A stretch of 34,133 bases of DNA from NCBI GenBank assembly GCA_964365675.1, contig CAYIQX010000003.1, forward strand, positions 1-34,133, written 5' to 3'. Positions 8,073 to 17,323 of this stretch are shown piece after piece (the stretch's first letter is position 1; each line of letters opens with the position of its first letter). Source of the stretch: an uncultured Candidatus Saccharibacteria bacterium. GTDB taxonomy: Bacteria > Patescibacteriota > Minisyncoccia > Sungbacterales > SURF-37. Under the pieces are notes generated by a model. It was not told where the DNA came from, made no database searches, and saw nothing but the letters and a program-made list of their open reading frames with translations. The position numbers were made by a program, and so were the translations under genes.

Positions 8073-9143
8073 ATGCAAACAGAGGAATTAATCTTGAGTG
8101 TTTTTAAGGTGTTCGGGCTTTCCGCGCTGGCCTTCTTTTTCGCGGCGGCCTGGACACCGCTCCTGACGCACTATCTCTTTAAATACAAAATGTGGCGGAA
8201 GGCCGTGCGGACGCTCGCACCCGATGGCGCGGGGACGCCGATTTTCGCCGCATTGCATAAGGAGCGCGAAGTTTCAACCCCGCGCATGGGCGGACTGCTC
8301 ATCTGGGGGACGACGCTTGTTGTCATCTTCGGATTTTGGTTCCTGGCCAAGGTCACCGATAACGGCCTCCTCGACAAGCTGAATTTTCTTTCCCGGAATC
8401 AGACCTGGCTTCCGCTCTTTACCCTGGCCGCCGCGTCCCTCCTCGGCCTCATTGATGACCTCCTTCAGATATACCAGCGCGGGACGTACATTGCCGGCGG
8501 CTTGAAGTTCCGTATCCGCATTTCGGTAGTGCTTTTCATCGCCCTTATCGGCGCCTATTGGTTCTATTTTCGCCTGGGCGAGAACGCCATTTACATCCCC
8601 GGCCTCGGCGACGTGGTTATCGGGCTTTGGTTTATTCCTCTCTTTGTGATCACCATGCTGGCCACATTTTCCACGGCCGTAACCGATGGGCTGGACGGCC
8701 TCGCCGGAGGAGTGTTTGCGGCTATTTTCGCCGCGTACGGCGGCATCGCATTTTTCCGGGGGCAAATAGATCTTGCGGCTTTTTCGGCGGTGCTCCTGGG
8801 TTCACTCCTCGCGTTTTTGTGGTTCAACATACCGCCCGCCCGATTCTATATGGGCGAGACCGGCATTCTCGGCCTCACGACCACGCTCACCGTCATCGCC
8901 TTCCTTACCAATTCAGTCATCGTACTGCCCATCATCGCGTTCGTGCCCGCAGTAGAGGCGGGCTCGGTCATCATCCAGCTCGCCTCCAAGCGCTGGCGCG
9001 GCCGGAAAGTTTTCAAAGTCGCGCCGCTGCATCATCATTTCGAGGCCATCGGCTGGCCATCGTACAAGGTTACGATGAGATTTTGGGTGATCGGCGTCGT
9101 GTTTGCCATCGTTGGTATGGTCGTTGCGCTCGTGGGAAGATAG
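8073..9143 (+). CDS. mraY: Phospho-N-acetylmuramoyl-pentapeptide transferase
   Basis: TPRMGG; GLIDD; TDGLDGL; FLWFNIPPARFYMGETG; APLHHHFE; multiple TM helices. Confidence 0.96.
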   Translation: MQTEELILSVFKVFGLSALAFFFAAAWTPLLTHYLFKYKMWRKAVRTLAPDGAGTPIFAALHKEREVSTPRMGGLLIWGTTLVVIFGFWFLAKVTDNGLLDKLNFLSRNQTWLPLFTLAAASLLGLIDDLLQIYQRGTYIAGGLKFRIRISVVLFIALIGAYWFYFRLGENAIYIPGLGDVVIGLWFIPLFVITMLATFSTAVTDGLDGLAGGVFAAIFAAYGGIAFFRGQIDLAAFSAVLLGSLLAFLWFNIPPARFYMGETGILGLTTTLTVIAFLTNSVIVLPIIAFVPAVEAGSVIIQLASKRWRGRKVFKVAPLHHHFEAIGWPSYKVTMRFWVIGVVFAIVGMVVALVGR

Positions 9144-9181
9144 CGCTATTATTACGACAGCTACGAAAGGAGGCGAGCGCG

Positions 9182-9574
9182 ATGCTCCATGTCTGGATCG
9201 CCCTCTGGCTGGTTGGCTCCTTCGGGATGATTCTCCCCGCGGCTTTGATGGGTTGGGCATTGCTCCCGCCATCCCCAGTCTGGCTGTTTGCCATACTGCT
9301 CAGCATTTGCACGTGGGGTGGCGCCATGGCACGCGTGGAGAATGCGCTTAGCACCCCGGGGGAATCACATCGCATCCGGCAAACCTTCACCTATCGGATT
9401 TTCCTCCCCATTCTTGCTGCCGCAGGAGTGTGGCTCTCCGTTCTCGCGTTCCTGTTTCCACACGTAGCGAACCTGCTCTTCTTCTTCGCTCTGATCTTGG
9501 GTGGTTGCCCATCGCTCTTCTTTCTGCTCATCACCCTGAGGCGGATTGAGCGTTCTGGTCATGCCCGCGCCTAG
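9182..9574 (+). CDS. Orphan 4-TM membrane protein (130 aa)
   Basis: ATG 9182 after SD AAGGAGG; four hydrophobic segments; hairpin plus T-tract at 9563-9597. Confidence 0.75.
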   Translation: MLHVWIALWLVGSFGMILPAALMGWALLPPSPVWLFAILLSICTWGGAMARVENALSTPGESHRIRQTFTYRIFLPILAAAGVWLSVLAFLFPHVANLLFFFALILGGCPSLFFLLITLRRIERSGHARA

Positions 9575-9686
9575 CACCAGGCCGGGCGCTTTCTTTTGTG
9601 CGCCTCCGGCAGCGTCCATTGATAACCGCAGCGACATCTGTTACAGATACCTTCAGAGACTGATCGAGAGAGGAGGAATCGCGGCC

Positions 9687-10022
9687 ATGGAAGCCAACGA
9701 ACCCGTGGGACACGTCTATCGCGTGTTACAGCGGGATCAAACGGGAATCGTATTCCAGCGGTGCACGGCGCAGCCGATGACCTTCCAGGTTTTCAAGAGA
9801 CCGCCGCAGCACCGTCGGCTCCGCCTGGACGCAAGCCCGCGTCGCGAGGGGCACACCTATGTGTTTGACAGTAGCCGCGAGAGCAACCTTTTCGGCTTTT
9901 TTCTACCAGAGGGTGCAGACCGACCAGCGGTACTGAAGCAAGTGAAAGCACGCTGGGGCCTGGCAAGCGAGATCGACGAGAAGCTCTGGGACCGTACCAA
10001 GTCCACCACCGCCCGCGGCTAG
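9687..10022 (+). CDS. Orphan hypothetical protein (111 aa)
   Basis: ATG 9687 after SD AGGAGG; upstream TTGATA-17-TACAGA; hairpin plus T-tract at 10010-10044. Confidence 0.7.
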   Translation: MEANEPVGHVYRVLQRDQTGIVFQRCTAQPMTFQVFKRPPQHRRLRLDASPRREGHTYVFDSSRESNLFGFFLPEGADRPAVLKQVKARWGLASEIDEKLWDRTKSTTARG

Positions 10023-10060
10023 ACCGGCCCGGGCGTTTTTCTTTATGGTGTAAATCCAAG

Positions 10061-10100
10061 GGTGATACAGATTATCACGATCGTGTTAATCTGTATCATC
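10061..10100. repeat. Near-perfect 40-bp palindrome
   Basis: GGTGATACAGATTA-TCACGATCGTGT-TAATCTGTATCATC. Confidence 0.85.
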
Positions 10101-10163
10101 TAGTTTGGGTTGGGTAGTGAAGGCAGCCAAAAACACCTCTTATGTTATAGTGAGCATAACGCT

Positions 10164-11744
10164 ATGACGTTCGACCTCCTCATCAAAGACGGCACCATCC
10201 TCGACGGCTCGGGTAAACCCAGATTCCGTGGGGACGTCGGCATCGCCGGCGGCATCATCAAGGCCATCGGAAACCCCGCCCTCGAGGGCGCAGCCGCCGC
10301 AAAAACAATCTCCGCCGCGGGAAAGTTCGTCAGCCCGGGCTTCGTGGACATTACCAGTCATAGCGATGCCAACGGCTCTCTATTTTTAAATCCCCAGCAG
10401 GACTATCTTCTTACCCAGGGCGTAACCACTATTCTCACCGGCAACTGCGGCTCCTCCCTAGCGCCGCTTGCCTCGCGTGAGGCGGCGGCGTCGCTCCGCA
10501 AATGGAGCGGCGGGACGGAGATAAACATCAACTGGCTCTCCACGGCCGCCTACCTCACCGAGCTTGCACGCCATCCCCTGGGCTTGAATGTAGGCACGCT
10601 TATGGGGCACGGAACTATCCGCCGCGGTATTACTAAAGGCGAATCCCGCCCGCTCACCCTTGAGGAACTATCGGAGTTTTCTTCGCTCATCAGCCGCGGC
10701 CTTCAAGAGGGCGCGTTCGGCCTCTCGGCCGGGCTTATTTATAGCCATGAGGCCGCGGCCACGTCCGAGGAACTGGCTGCGTTTGGAAAGGCCTTGGCGC
10801 ATGGCGGCGGAATTCTGAAGGCGCATCTTCGGAACGAGGGAGCAAACCTTATCCCGGCCGTGAATGAAATGGTGCAGGTTGGCCGAGAGTCAAAAGCGCC
10901 GGTCATTATTTCTCATTTTAAGGCCATCGGCCGGAAGGCCTGGCCGCTCTTCGGCCGGGCGCTTAAAATGATGGAGCACGCCGGCGAGAGTGGTGCGTCC
11001 GTGCATTTCGACATCTCACCCTATCAGCGCACCGGCTCTTTTCTTTATCTTTTGCTCCCGGCTTGGGCGCGTGAGGGCGGATTTATCGCCCTGTCGAAGC
11101 GCATCCGGGACCCGGCAAATCGCACTGCCATTGTCGAGGAACTAAAAAAGCAAACGCTCCATTATGAGCGCTACATTATCGCGAGCGCGGCCACGCCCAA
11201 CGCCAACGGCCGTACGCTTGCCGAGATGGCTCAACGTACCGGAGTTTCGGCGGAGGAAATGGTGCTTGACTTACTTTCGGCCTCAGAGGGACGGGTAACA
11301 ATTTTCGGGAACACGCTCTCTTTCCGGAATATTCTTACCGGCATCGCGCATCCCCAGGGCGTGATTGCCTCAGACGGGAACGGCGTCCTCAAGGAAATGA
11401 ATCAGTCGAATACGCTCGTGCATCCCCGTTCTACCGGCTGCTTTCCGCATTTTCTCCACAAGTTCGTCCGCGAAAAGGAAACGGTCTCCTGGGAGGAGGG
11501 GATACGAAAAATCACTTCGTTCCCGGCCGAACTTGCCGGCTTTAAGGGCCGCGGGAGAATCGCCCCGAAGTTCGCGGCCGATGTTGCGGTCTTTGACCCA
11601 GAGCAAATCCGCGACCGCTCCACCTACCAAAACCCCTATGTGCATTCCACCGGCATTGAGGCGGTGGTGGTCAACGGCAAGCTCGCTATCGAGAACGGCA
11701 AGCTGACCGGCGCGGCAAGGGGGGCGGTTTTGAAAAAATCCTGA
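10164..11744 (+). CDS. N-acyl-D-amino-acid deacylase (D-aminoacylase) family amidohydrolase
   Basis: FDLLIKDGTILDGSG; PGFVD-x-x-SHSD; QGVTT-x3-GNCG; HLRNE; SHFK; SDG; HPRSTGCFP. Confidence 0.9.
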   Translation: MTFDLLIKDGTILDGSGKPRFRGDVGIAGGIIKAIGNPALEGAAAAKTISAAGKFVSPGFVDITSHSDANGSLFLNPQQDYLLTQGVTTILTGNCGSSLAPLASREAAASLRKWSGGTEININWLSTAAYLTELARHPLGLNVGTLMGHGTIRRGITKGESRPLTLEELSEFSSLISRGLQEGAFGLSAGLIYSHEAAATSEELAAFGKALAHGGGILKAHLRNEGANLIPAVNEMVQVGRESKAPVIISHFKAIGRKAWPLFGRALKMMEHAGESGASVHFDISPYQRTGSFLYLLLPAWAREGGFIALSKRIRDPANRTAIVEELKKQTLHYERYIIASAATPNANGRTLAEMAQRTGVSAEEMVLDLLSASEGRVTIFGNTLSFRNILTGIAHPQGVIASDGNGVLKEMNQSNTLVHPRSTGCFPHFLHKFVREKETVSWEEGIRKITSFPAELAGFKGRGRIAPKFAADVAVFDPEQIRDRSTYQNPYVHSTGIEAVVVNGKLAIENGKLTGAARGAVLKKS

Positions 11745-11747
11745 CGC

Positions 11748-13091
11748 ATGGAGGTAAAGCAGTTTCGCGGGAAAAATGTCTTGATCATGGGTTTGGGGCT
11801 GCACGGCGGCGGGACAGGCGCCGCCGCGTTTTTCGCTCATCTCGGGAGCCGGGTCACCGTCACGGATCTGAAATCAAAACGCGAGCTTGCCTCGTCGCTC
11901 GCCAAACTCCGGCGTTCCAAGAGCATCACCTATCACCTCGGTGGGCATCGCGCCGGGGATTTTAAGAGTGCGGATTATGTCATTAAGGGACCGGGGGTAC
12001 CGGAGAATTCCAAGTTCCTGAAAATAGCGCGCCAAGCCGGCATTTCCATTCTGTCGGACGTTGAGATATTTTTTCTTGCCTGTCCGGCGCCGATAATCGG
12101 CATCACCGGCACAAAAGGAAAGTCCACGACTACCTGGCTCCTCGGCCAGTTCCTTCAAAGGGGATTGCGGAAGCATATATGGGTGGGCGGTAATATCCGG
12201 AAGTCGGTGCTTGGATTTTTGAGGCGGGTAAAAAAGAACGACTTGGTCGTGCTCGAACTCTCAAGCTTCCAGCTGGATTCGCTGAAACACAGCCGCAAAA
12301 GCCCGCATATCGCGCTCATCACTAATATTTTTCCGGATCACTTGAATCGCTATGCCTCGATGGCGGCGTATGCCGCATCAAAATCCGGTATCTTTAAATT
12401 TCAAAAACCCGGCGACTATCTTTTCTTAAATGTGCGCGATGCCGTACTCCGGCGCATCGCGGCGCGTGTAAAGTCCCGCGTCATCCGCTTCGACCCGCAG
12501 AAAATACTTACGTATTACCGGAAAAGTATTTCCGCGCATGTCCATGATTTCCACCTACCCAACATCGCTGCCGCCGTTGCCGTGGCGCGGCATTTTGGGG
12601 TAGAGGAGGCGGTGGTCCAAAAAGTCCTTAGGCGTTTTCGCGGCATGCCGGACCGCATGGAACTCGTGCGGAAGTTTAGGGGCGTTTCGTTCATCAACGA
12701 TACTACGGCGACGAATCCTACCGCCGCCGAGGAAGCGGTCATTTCGACCAAACGGCGTATCGGGCGTCAGCGGCTTGTCGTTATCGCGGGCGGCTACGAT
12801 AAGGGGCTGGTGGTCAATAATTTCGTTCGAGCACTGGTTCGCCATGCGGCGACAGTAGTTTTTCTGCCCGGAGCCGCAAGCGAGAGAATAAAATTAAATA
12901 TCAAAAAGCAAAAATCAAAAATAGATGCCTCTGGTGCGTATACCATGGAGGAGGCAGTGAGAATGGCTTACCGCGCCGCCAAGCCCGCAGGCGTAGTCCT
13001 GCTTTCGCCGGGCGCGGCAAGCTTCGGGCTTTTCAAGCATGAGTTCGACCGCGGCGAGCAATTTGTGAAGGCAGTCCGCGCGCTTCATTGA
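11748..13091 (+). CDS. murD: UDP-N-acetylmuramoyl-L-alanine--D-glutamate ligase
   Basis: MGLGLHGGG; GITGTKGKSTT; GGNI; ELSSFQL; PDHLNRY; NDTTATNP; GGYDKG; LLSPGAASF...RGEQF. Confidence 0.96.
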   Translation: MEVKQFRGKNVLIMGLGLHGGGTGAAAFFAHLGSRVTVTDLKSKRELASSLAKLRRSKSITYHLGGHRAGDFKSADYVIKGPGVPENSKFLKIARQAGISILSDVEIFFLACPAPIIGITGTKGKSTTTWLLGQFLQRGLRKHIWVGGNIRKSVLGFLRRVKKNDLVVLELSSFQLDSLKHSRKSPHIALITNIFPDHLNRYASMAAYAASKSGIFKFQKPGDYLFLNVRDAVLRRIAARVKSRVIRFDPQKILTYYRKSISAHVHDFHLPNIAAAVAVARHFGVEEAVVQKVLRRFRGMPDRMELVRKFRGVSFINDTTATNPTAAEEAVISTKRRIGRQRLVVIAGGYDKGLVVNNFVRALVRHAATVVFLPGAASERIKLNIKKQKSKIDASGAYTMEEAVRMAYRAAKPAGVVLLSPGAASFGLFKHEFDRGEQFVKAVRALH

Positions 13092-13117
13092 CGACGCTCT
13101 CCAGTAGCTGGTAGGAT
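13088..13117 (+). promoter_or_regulatory. Putative sigma70 promoter overlapping the murD stop
   Basis: TTGACG-18 nt-TAGGAT with an extended TG. Confidence 0.5.
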
Positions 13118-13162
13118 TTTTCCAGGTAGAATACGACATCATCGGAATGAGGAGGTGAGGTG

Positions 13163-13288
13163 ATGAGAGGTCTTGTGATCGCACTCACGATATTCCTGTT
13201 CAACATGGGCCTCGCCGCTGGTGCCGGCTTCGGGTTGTTCGCACTCGGCGGCCGGGGAACGAACGGCCACGGAGGCAACAGTGGCTAG
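13163..13288 (+). CDS. Small Gly-rich membrane peptide (41 aa, not in ORF track)
   Basis: MRGLVIALTIFLFNMGLAAGAGFGLFALGGRGTNGHGGNSG; very strong SD AGGAGGTGA. Confidence 0.6.
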   Translation: MRGLVIALTIFLFNMGLAAGAGFGLFALGGRGTNGHGGNSG

Positions 13289-13451
13289 GCGGGCGGCGAG
13301 ACAACGAGGGGGTGAGGTCACGTCGCGCGAAGACGGTGGGATGGAAGACCCCCTCGCACCCGCCAAGGGTGTCATTCGCAGTATCGGCGGCGGGGCGGCC
13401 ATCTGGGTCGTCATCGCAGCCATCGTCATTGGGTTGCTCGTCAAACGCTAG
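13281..13451 (+). CDS. Small membrane peptide (56 aa; alternative ATG at 13341)
   Basis: GTG 13281 after GGAGG, overlapping the previous stop; DPLAPAKGVIRSIGGGAAIWVVIAAIVIGLLVKR. Confidence 0.6.
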   Translation: MARRAARQRGGEVTSREDGGMEDPLAPAKGVIRSIGGGAAIWVVIAAIVIGLLVKR

Positions 13452-13461
13452 AGCGCACACC

Positions 13462-13500
13462 GCAGGGGTAGGACAGAGGCCCACCCCTGCTTTTTTATTT
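13462..13500 (+). terminator. Intrinsic terminator
   Basis: GCAGGGGT / ACCCCTGC stem followed by TTTTTTATTT. Confidence 0.8.
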
Positions 13501-13525
13501 GGCAGTCGGCCATTACCATATACTC

Positions 13526-14614
13526 ATGCGCCGCCATATCGATTATCCGTTGCTGGCCATCGCGCTCGTCCTCCTCGTAGCCGGGATCGCGGTCGTATCT
13601 TCGGCATCCATCGTTATCTCGGAGAAGAATTTCGGGACGCTTTATTATTACGTTTTTCGGCATGGGATATACGCGCTCGCCGGCCTGGGTGCGCTTTTCA
13701 TCTGCCAGGCTATATCCTATAAGCTCTGGAAGAAGCTTTCTTTGCCGTTTCTCGGTGTTTCCCTTCTCTTGGTCGCGGCGGTCTTCATTCCCGAAATCGG
13801 TCTGGAATTGGGAGGTGCTTCGCGCTGGCTTAAGATCGGTCCGGTATCGGTCCAGCCCTCGGAAATCCTTAAGTTATCGCTTATACTGTATTTGGCCAGT
13901 TGGCTTGATAAAAAGAAAGGGCAGTCCAAGGGTTTTGCCACTGCGTTTGTGCCGTTCCTCATCATCATAGGGGTGGTCGGCGTGCTCCTTGTGCTTCAGC
14001 CCGACATCGGCACACTGCTTGTCACTGCGGGCGGTGCGGTCATTCTCTACTTCCTCGGGGGAGGGCGATTCCCGCAACTAGCGGCTTTTGGGCTGCTTGC
14101 CGCCGCGGCACTCGCGGTCGTGGTACAGGTGGCGCCATACCGGCTGAATCGCTTTCTTGTTTTCTTAAAACCGGATCTCGATCCACAGGGCATTGGCTAC
14201 CACATCTCGCAGGCACTGATAGCGATTGGGAGCGGGGGGTTTTGGGGTCGAGGGTTTGGCCAGTCCATCCAGAAGTTCAACTATCTTCCCGAGCCGATCA
14301 GTGATTCCGTCTTTGCCATCATTGTTGAGGAGTTCGGATTTTTCGGCGGGATCGTCTTGGGGTCTCTTTTTTTCCTGTTTCTCCTCCGTGCCATCACGAT
14401 CGCCCGGCGGGCCCCTGATTTCTTCGGAAAACTGCTCGCTGCCGGCATGGCGTCTTCTATTGTGTTGCAGGCGTTCATTAATATGGCGGCCATTTCCGGC
14501 CTGATACCGCTGACCGGAATTCCGATGCCATTCATTTCGTACGGCGGGACAGCGCTTGTGGTGGCGCTGGCCATGGTCGGGATCATACTGAATGTGTCGA
14601 AACACACCACATGA
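13526..14614 (+). CDS. ftsW: SEDS-family peptidoglycan polymerase FtsW
   Basis: GASRWL; QPSEILK; QPDIGT; AIGSGG; YLPEPISDSVF-x4-EEFG; PLTGIPMPFISYGG; lies between murD and murG. Confidence 0.93.
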   Translation: MRRHIDYPLLAIALVLLVAGIAVVSSASIVISEKNFGTLYYYVFRHGIYALAGLGALFICQAISYKLWKKLSLPFLGVSLLLVAAVFIPEIGLELGGASRWLKIGPVSVQPSEILKLSLILYLASWLDKKKGQSKGFATAFVPFLIIIGVVGVLLVLQPDIGTLLVTAGGAVILYFLGGGRFPQLAAFGLLAAAALAVVVQVAPYRLNRFLVFLKPDLDPQGIGYHISQALIAIGSGGFWGRGFGQSIQKFNYLPEPISDSVFAIIVEEFGFFGGIVLGSLFFLFLLRAITIARRAPDFFGKLLAAGMASSIVLQAFINMAAISGLIPLTGIPMPFISYGGTALVVALAMVGIILNVSKHTT

Positions 14615-14616
14615 GA

Positions 14617-14705
14617 GAGCAAAAATTAAAAAGCAAAAAGCAAAATTTTTGGAGCCGCCGCTGGCGGCAACCGCCACTTTGCTGTTTTATTTTTACTATT
14701 TAATA
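14617..14705. repeat. Inverted heptamer-arm element around a GC hairpin
   Basis: GAGCAAA AATTAAA AAGCAAA AAGCAAA, then GCCGCC-GCT-GGCGGC, then TTTGCTG TTTTATT TTTACTA TTTAATA. Confidence 0.6.
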
Positions 14706-15823
14706 TGCGTATCGCCTTTACTGGTGGAGGCACTGGAGGGCATCTCTACCCTATAATCGCCGTAGCGCGGGAAGTTAAGCGTATCGCCGAGGAGGAGCGC
14801 ATTCTCGACCTTGAGCTCTATTACTTTGGTCCTGACGCCATTCCGGCCGATTCGGTCCAGGCCGAGGATCTTATCGTTACGCGTGTTACCGCGGGTAAAA
14901 TCCGGCGCTATTTTTCTGTCTTTAGTTTCATTGACGCGTTTAAGGTTGCCTTCGGTATCCTCGAGGCGTTCTGGAAAATGCTCCTGGTTATGCCGGATGT
15001 CGTTTTTTGTAAGGGGGGATTCGGAAGCTTTCCGGTTACGCTTGCCGCGCGGATATATCGCATTCCGGTGGTAGTGCATGAATCCGATTCCATGCCCGGC
15101 TTAGTAAACCGCTGGGCCGGGAGATGGGCCAGGCGCGTTGCCGTATCGTTCGCCGGCGCGGCCAAATATTTTCCTCCGGCCCGCACCGCCCTTATCGGCG
15201 TGCCGGTGCGGAACCGCATCATCGGCGGCAATCGAGAGCCGGCCCGCGAGGTATTCGGGGTTTTCTCGAATCGTCCGGTCGTGCTCGTGCTGGGCGGCTC
15301 GCAGGGGGCCGCTGTTTTGAATCGCGCCCTGATCGAGGTTTTGGGACCGCTCGTTGAAGAATTTGAGGTCATCCATTCCGCCGGCCCCAAAAACATTGAG
15401 GACGTGCGGCTGGAGACCGCGCCGATTCTTGAGGGTGGGGGAGGGGTTTACTACCATCCCTTCGGCTTCATGAACGAGGATGAGATGCGTGGGGCCTTTG
15501 CGCTTGCCGATATCGTAGTATCCCGGGCCGGCGCGACCGCGATCTACGAGATCGCGGCTAATGCCAAGCCCGCCATTTTGATCCCGATAAAAATCGCCGC
15601 ACAGGACCATCAGAAGGCCAATGCCTATGAGTATGTACGGCGAGGCGCCGCAATCGTTATCGAGGAAGACAACCTGACGCCTTCCGTGCTTCTCCATGAA
15701 GTGAAAAAGCTGAATACGGATACGGGGCGCCGCGCGAGGATGGCCGAGGCGGCGCGTTCGTTCGCCCGGCCGGAGGCGGCCGGGATCCTGGCAAGGGAGC
15801 TCTTAACGCTCGGTCTCCACTGA
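14705..15823 (+). CDS. murG: Undecaprenyl-PP-MurNAc-pentapeptide GlcNAc transferase
   Basis: TGGGTGGHLYP; KGGFGSFP; HESD-x-x-PGLVN; GGSQGA; SRAGA; HQKANA. Confidence 0.97.
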   Translation: MRIAFTGGGTGGHLYPIIAVAREVKRIAEEERILDLELYYFGPDAIPADSVQAEDLIVTRVTAGKIRRYFSVFSFIDAFKVAFGILEAFWKMLLVMPDVVFCKGGFGSFPVTLAARIYRIPVVVHESDSMPGLVNRWAGRWARRVAVSFAGAAKYFPPARTALIGVPVRNRIIGGNREPAREVFGVFSNRPVVLVLGGSQGAAVLNRALIEVLGPLVEEFEVIHSAGPKNIEDVRLETAPILEGGGGVYYHPFGFMNEDEMRGAFALADIVVSRAGATAIYEIAANAKPAILIPIKIAAQDHQKANAYEYVRRGAAIVIEEDNLTPSVLLHEVKKLNTDTGRRARMAEAARSFARPEAAGILARELLTLGLH

Positions 15824-15828
15824 CAGTT

Positions 15829-17271
15829 ATGGCTGCTATCCGAACGCGTATCGCGCCAAGCCCGACCGGCCCCCTCCACATCGGTACGGCTCGTACCGCG
15901 CTTTTTAATTTCCTTTTCGCCCGCAAACAGGGTGGAGCGTTCGTGCTCCGCATCGAAGATACCGACATCGAGCGCTCCGATACGAAATACGAGAAGGATA
16001 TTTTCGATGGCCTCAAATGGCTCGGTGTGAAGGCCGACGAGTGCCCCAAAGAGGGCGGTGCGTACGGCCCGTACCGCCAGTCCGAACGCATCACCTCCTA
16101 CCAGCCCTATCTCGAGCAACTCCTTGCCTCTGGCCAGGCCTATTACTGCCCGCATACCGAGGGTGAACTCGAAGCGGAGAAAAAGAATTTAATGGCCGGC
16201 GGCCGGAATTCGGTACATGTATGTTTGTACCGCGATGGCGGGGCTGTCCCAACAGCCGGCAGTATTATTCGTTTCAAGACGCCCGCCGGACGTACGCTTG
16301 AGTTTAACGACCTCATCCGCGGCGATATTTCGTTCGGGTCCGATCTTGTCGGCGACTTTTCCATTGCCAAAGATCTCACCACTCCGCTCTATAACTTCGC
16401 GGTGGTTATTGATGACCACGAGATGAAAATCTCTCACGTTATCCGCGGCGAGGACCACATTTCCAATACCCCGAAGCAAATGCTCCTGGCTGAGGCCCTG
16501 GGGTTCGGACTGCCTCTTTTTGCGCACCTCCCGCTTATTTTGGGCATTGACCGCTCCAAGCTTTCCAAACGCCATAGTGCAACATCGGTCCGCGAATTCC
16601 GAGAGCAGGGATACCTCGCCGAAGCGCTGGTAAACTTTATGGCGCTTTTGGGCTGGAATCCCGGAGGCGAGCGCGAACTGTTTTCCCTGGATGAGCTTAT
16701 CAATGAGTTCGACCTTGGCCATGTCCAAAAGGCCGGGGCAGTATTCAACACTGAAAAGCTCGATTGGATGAACGGCGAATATATCCGCAAGAGATCCTCA
16801 TCCGAGCTTCGTGAGCTCGCGATGCCGTACCTTGAGGGATTTTTGAAGAACGCGAACGCGGGCTCGGGTGTCCCACCCGAGGATATTGAAAAAATAATCC
16901 TCCTCGAACAGCCGCGCCTGAAAAAACTTTCCGACATAGGGGAGAAGGTGGAATATTTTTTCCGTGAACCGGATTACCCGTTCGAACTGCTTCGCTGGAA
17001 AGACATGCCCGATCAAAAGGTACGGACTTCCCTTGAGCGCTCGAAAAAATTGATTGAGGGGATGACTCCGGGGGATTTTACACCGGAAAAACTGCAAAAT
17101 AATTTTCTTTTGGCCATAGGGGCAGGGGATAAGGGCGTTCTCCTGTGGCCGCTTCGCGTGGCGCTGACCGGCAGGAAGGCATCCCCCGGGCCATTTGAAA
17201 TTTTGGCCATCCTCGGTAACGATGAAGGCCGCCGGCGCATAGAGCGTGCACTTGCAAAAATCCCCGTCTAA
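15829..17271 (+). CDS. gltX: Glutamate-tRNA ligase
   Basis: RIAPSPTGPLHIG; LRIEDTD; YRQSER; HVIRGEDHISNTPKQ; KLSKRH; LRVALTG. Confidence 0.97.
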   Translation: MAAIRTRIAPSPTGPLHIGTARTALFNFLFARKQGGAFVLRIEDTDIERSDTKYEKDIFDGLKWLGVKADECPKEGGAYGPYRQSERITSYQPYLEQLLASGQAYYCPHTEGELEAEKKNLMAGGRNSVHVCLYRDGGAVPTAGSIIRFKTPAGRTLEFNDLIRGDISFGSDLVGDFSIAKDLTTPLYNFAVVIDDHEMKISHVIRGEDHISNTPKQMLLAEALGFGLPLFAHLPLILGIDRSKLSKRHSATSVREFREQGYLAEALVNFMALLGWNPGGERELFSLDELINEFDLGHVQKAGAVFNTEKLDWMNGEYIRKRSSSELRELAMPYLEGFLKNANAGSGVPPEDIEKIILLEQPRLKKLSDIGEKVEYFFREPDYPFELLRWKDMPDQKVRTSLERSKKLIEGMTPGDFTPEKLQNNFLLAIGAGDKGVLLWPLRVALTGRKASPGPFEILAILGNDEGRRRIERALAKIPV

Positions 17272-17323
17272 TGCGGGGATTTCTCGCGGCTGTTGGAGTG
17301 CGCGTGGTATAATTGGTTTATTC

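Noticed and set aside
8558-9181. N-terminal 208 codons of the 338-aa ORF 8558-9574
   Set aside because: Off-frame overlap with mraY; the real gene starts at 9182 after a strong SD.
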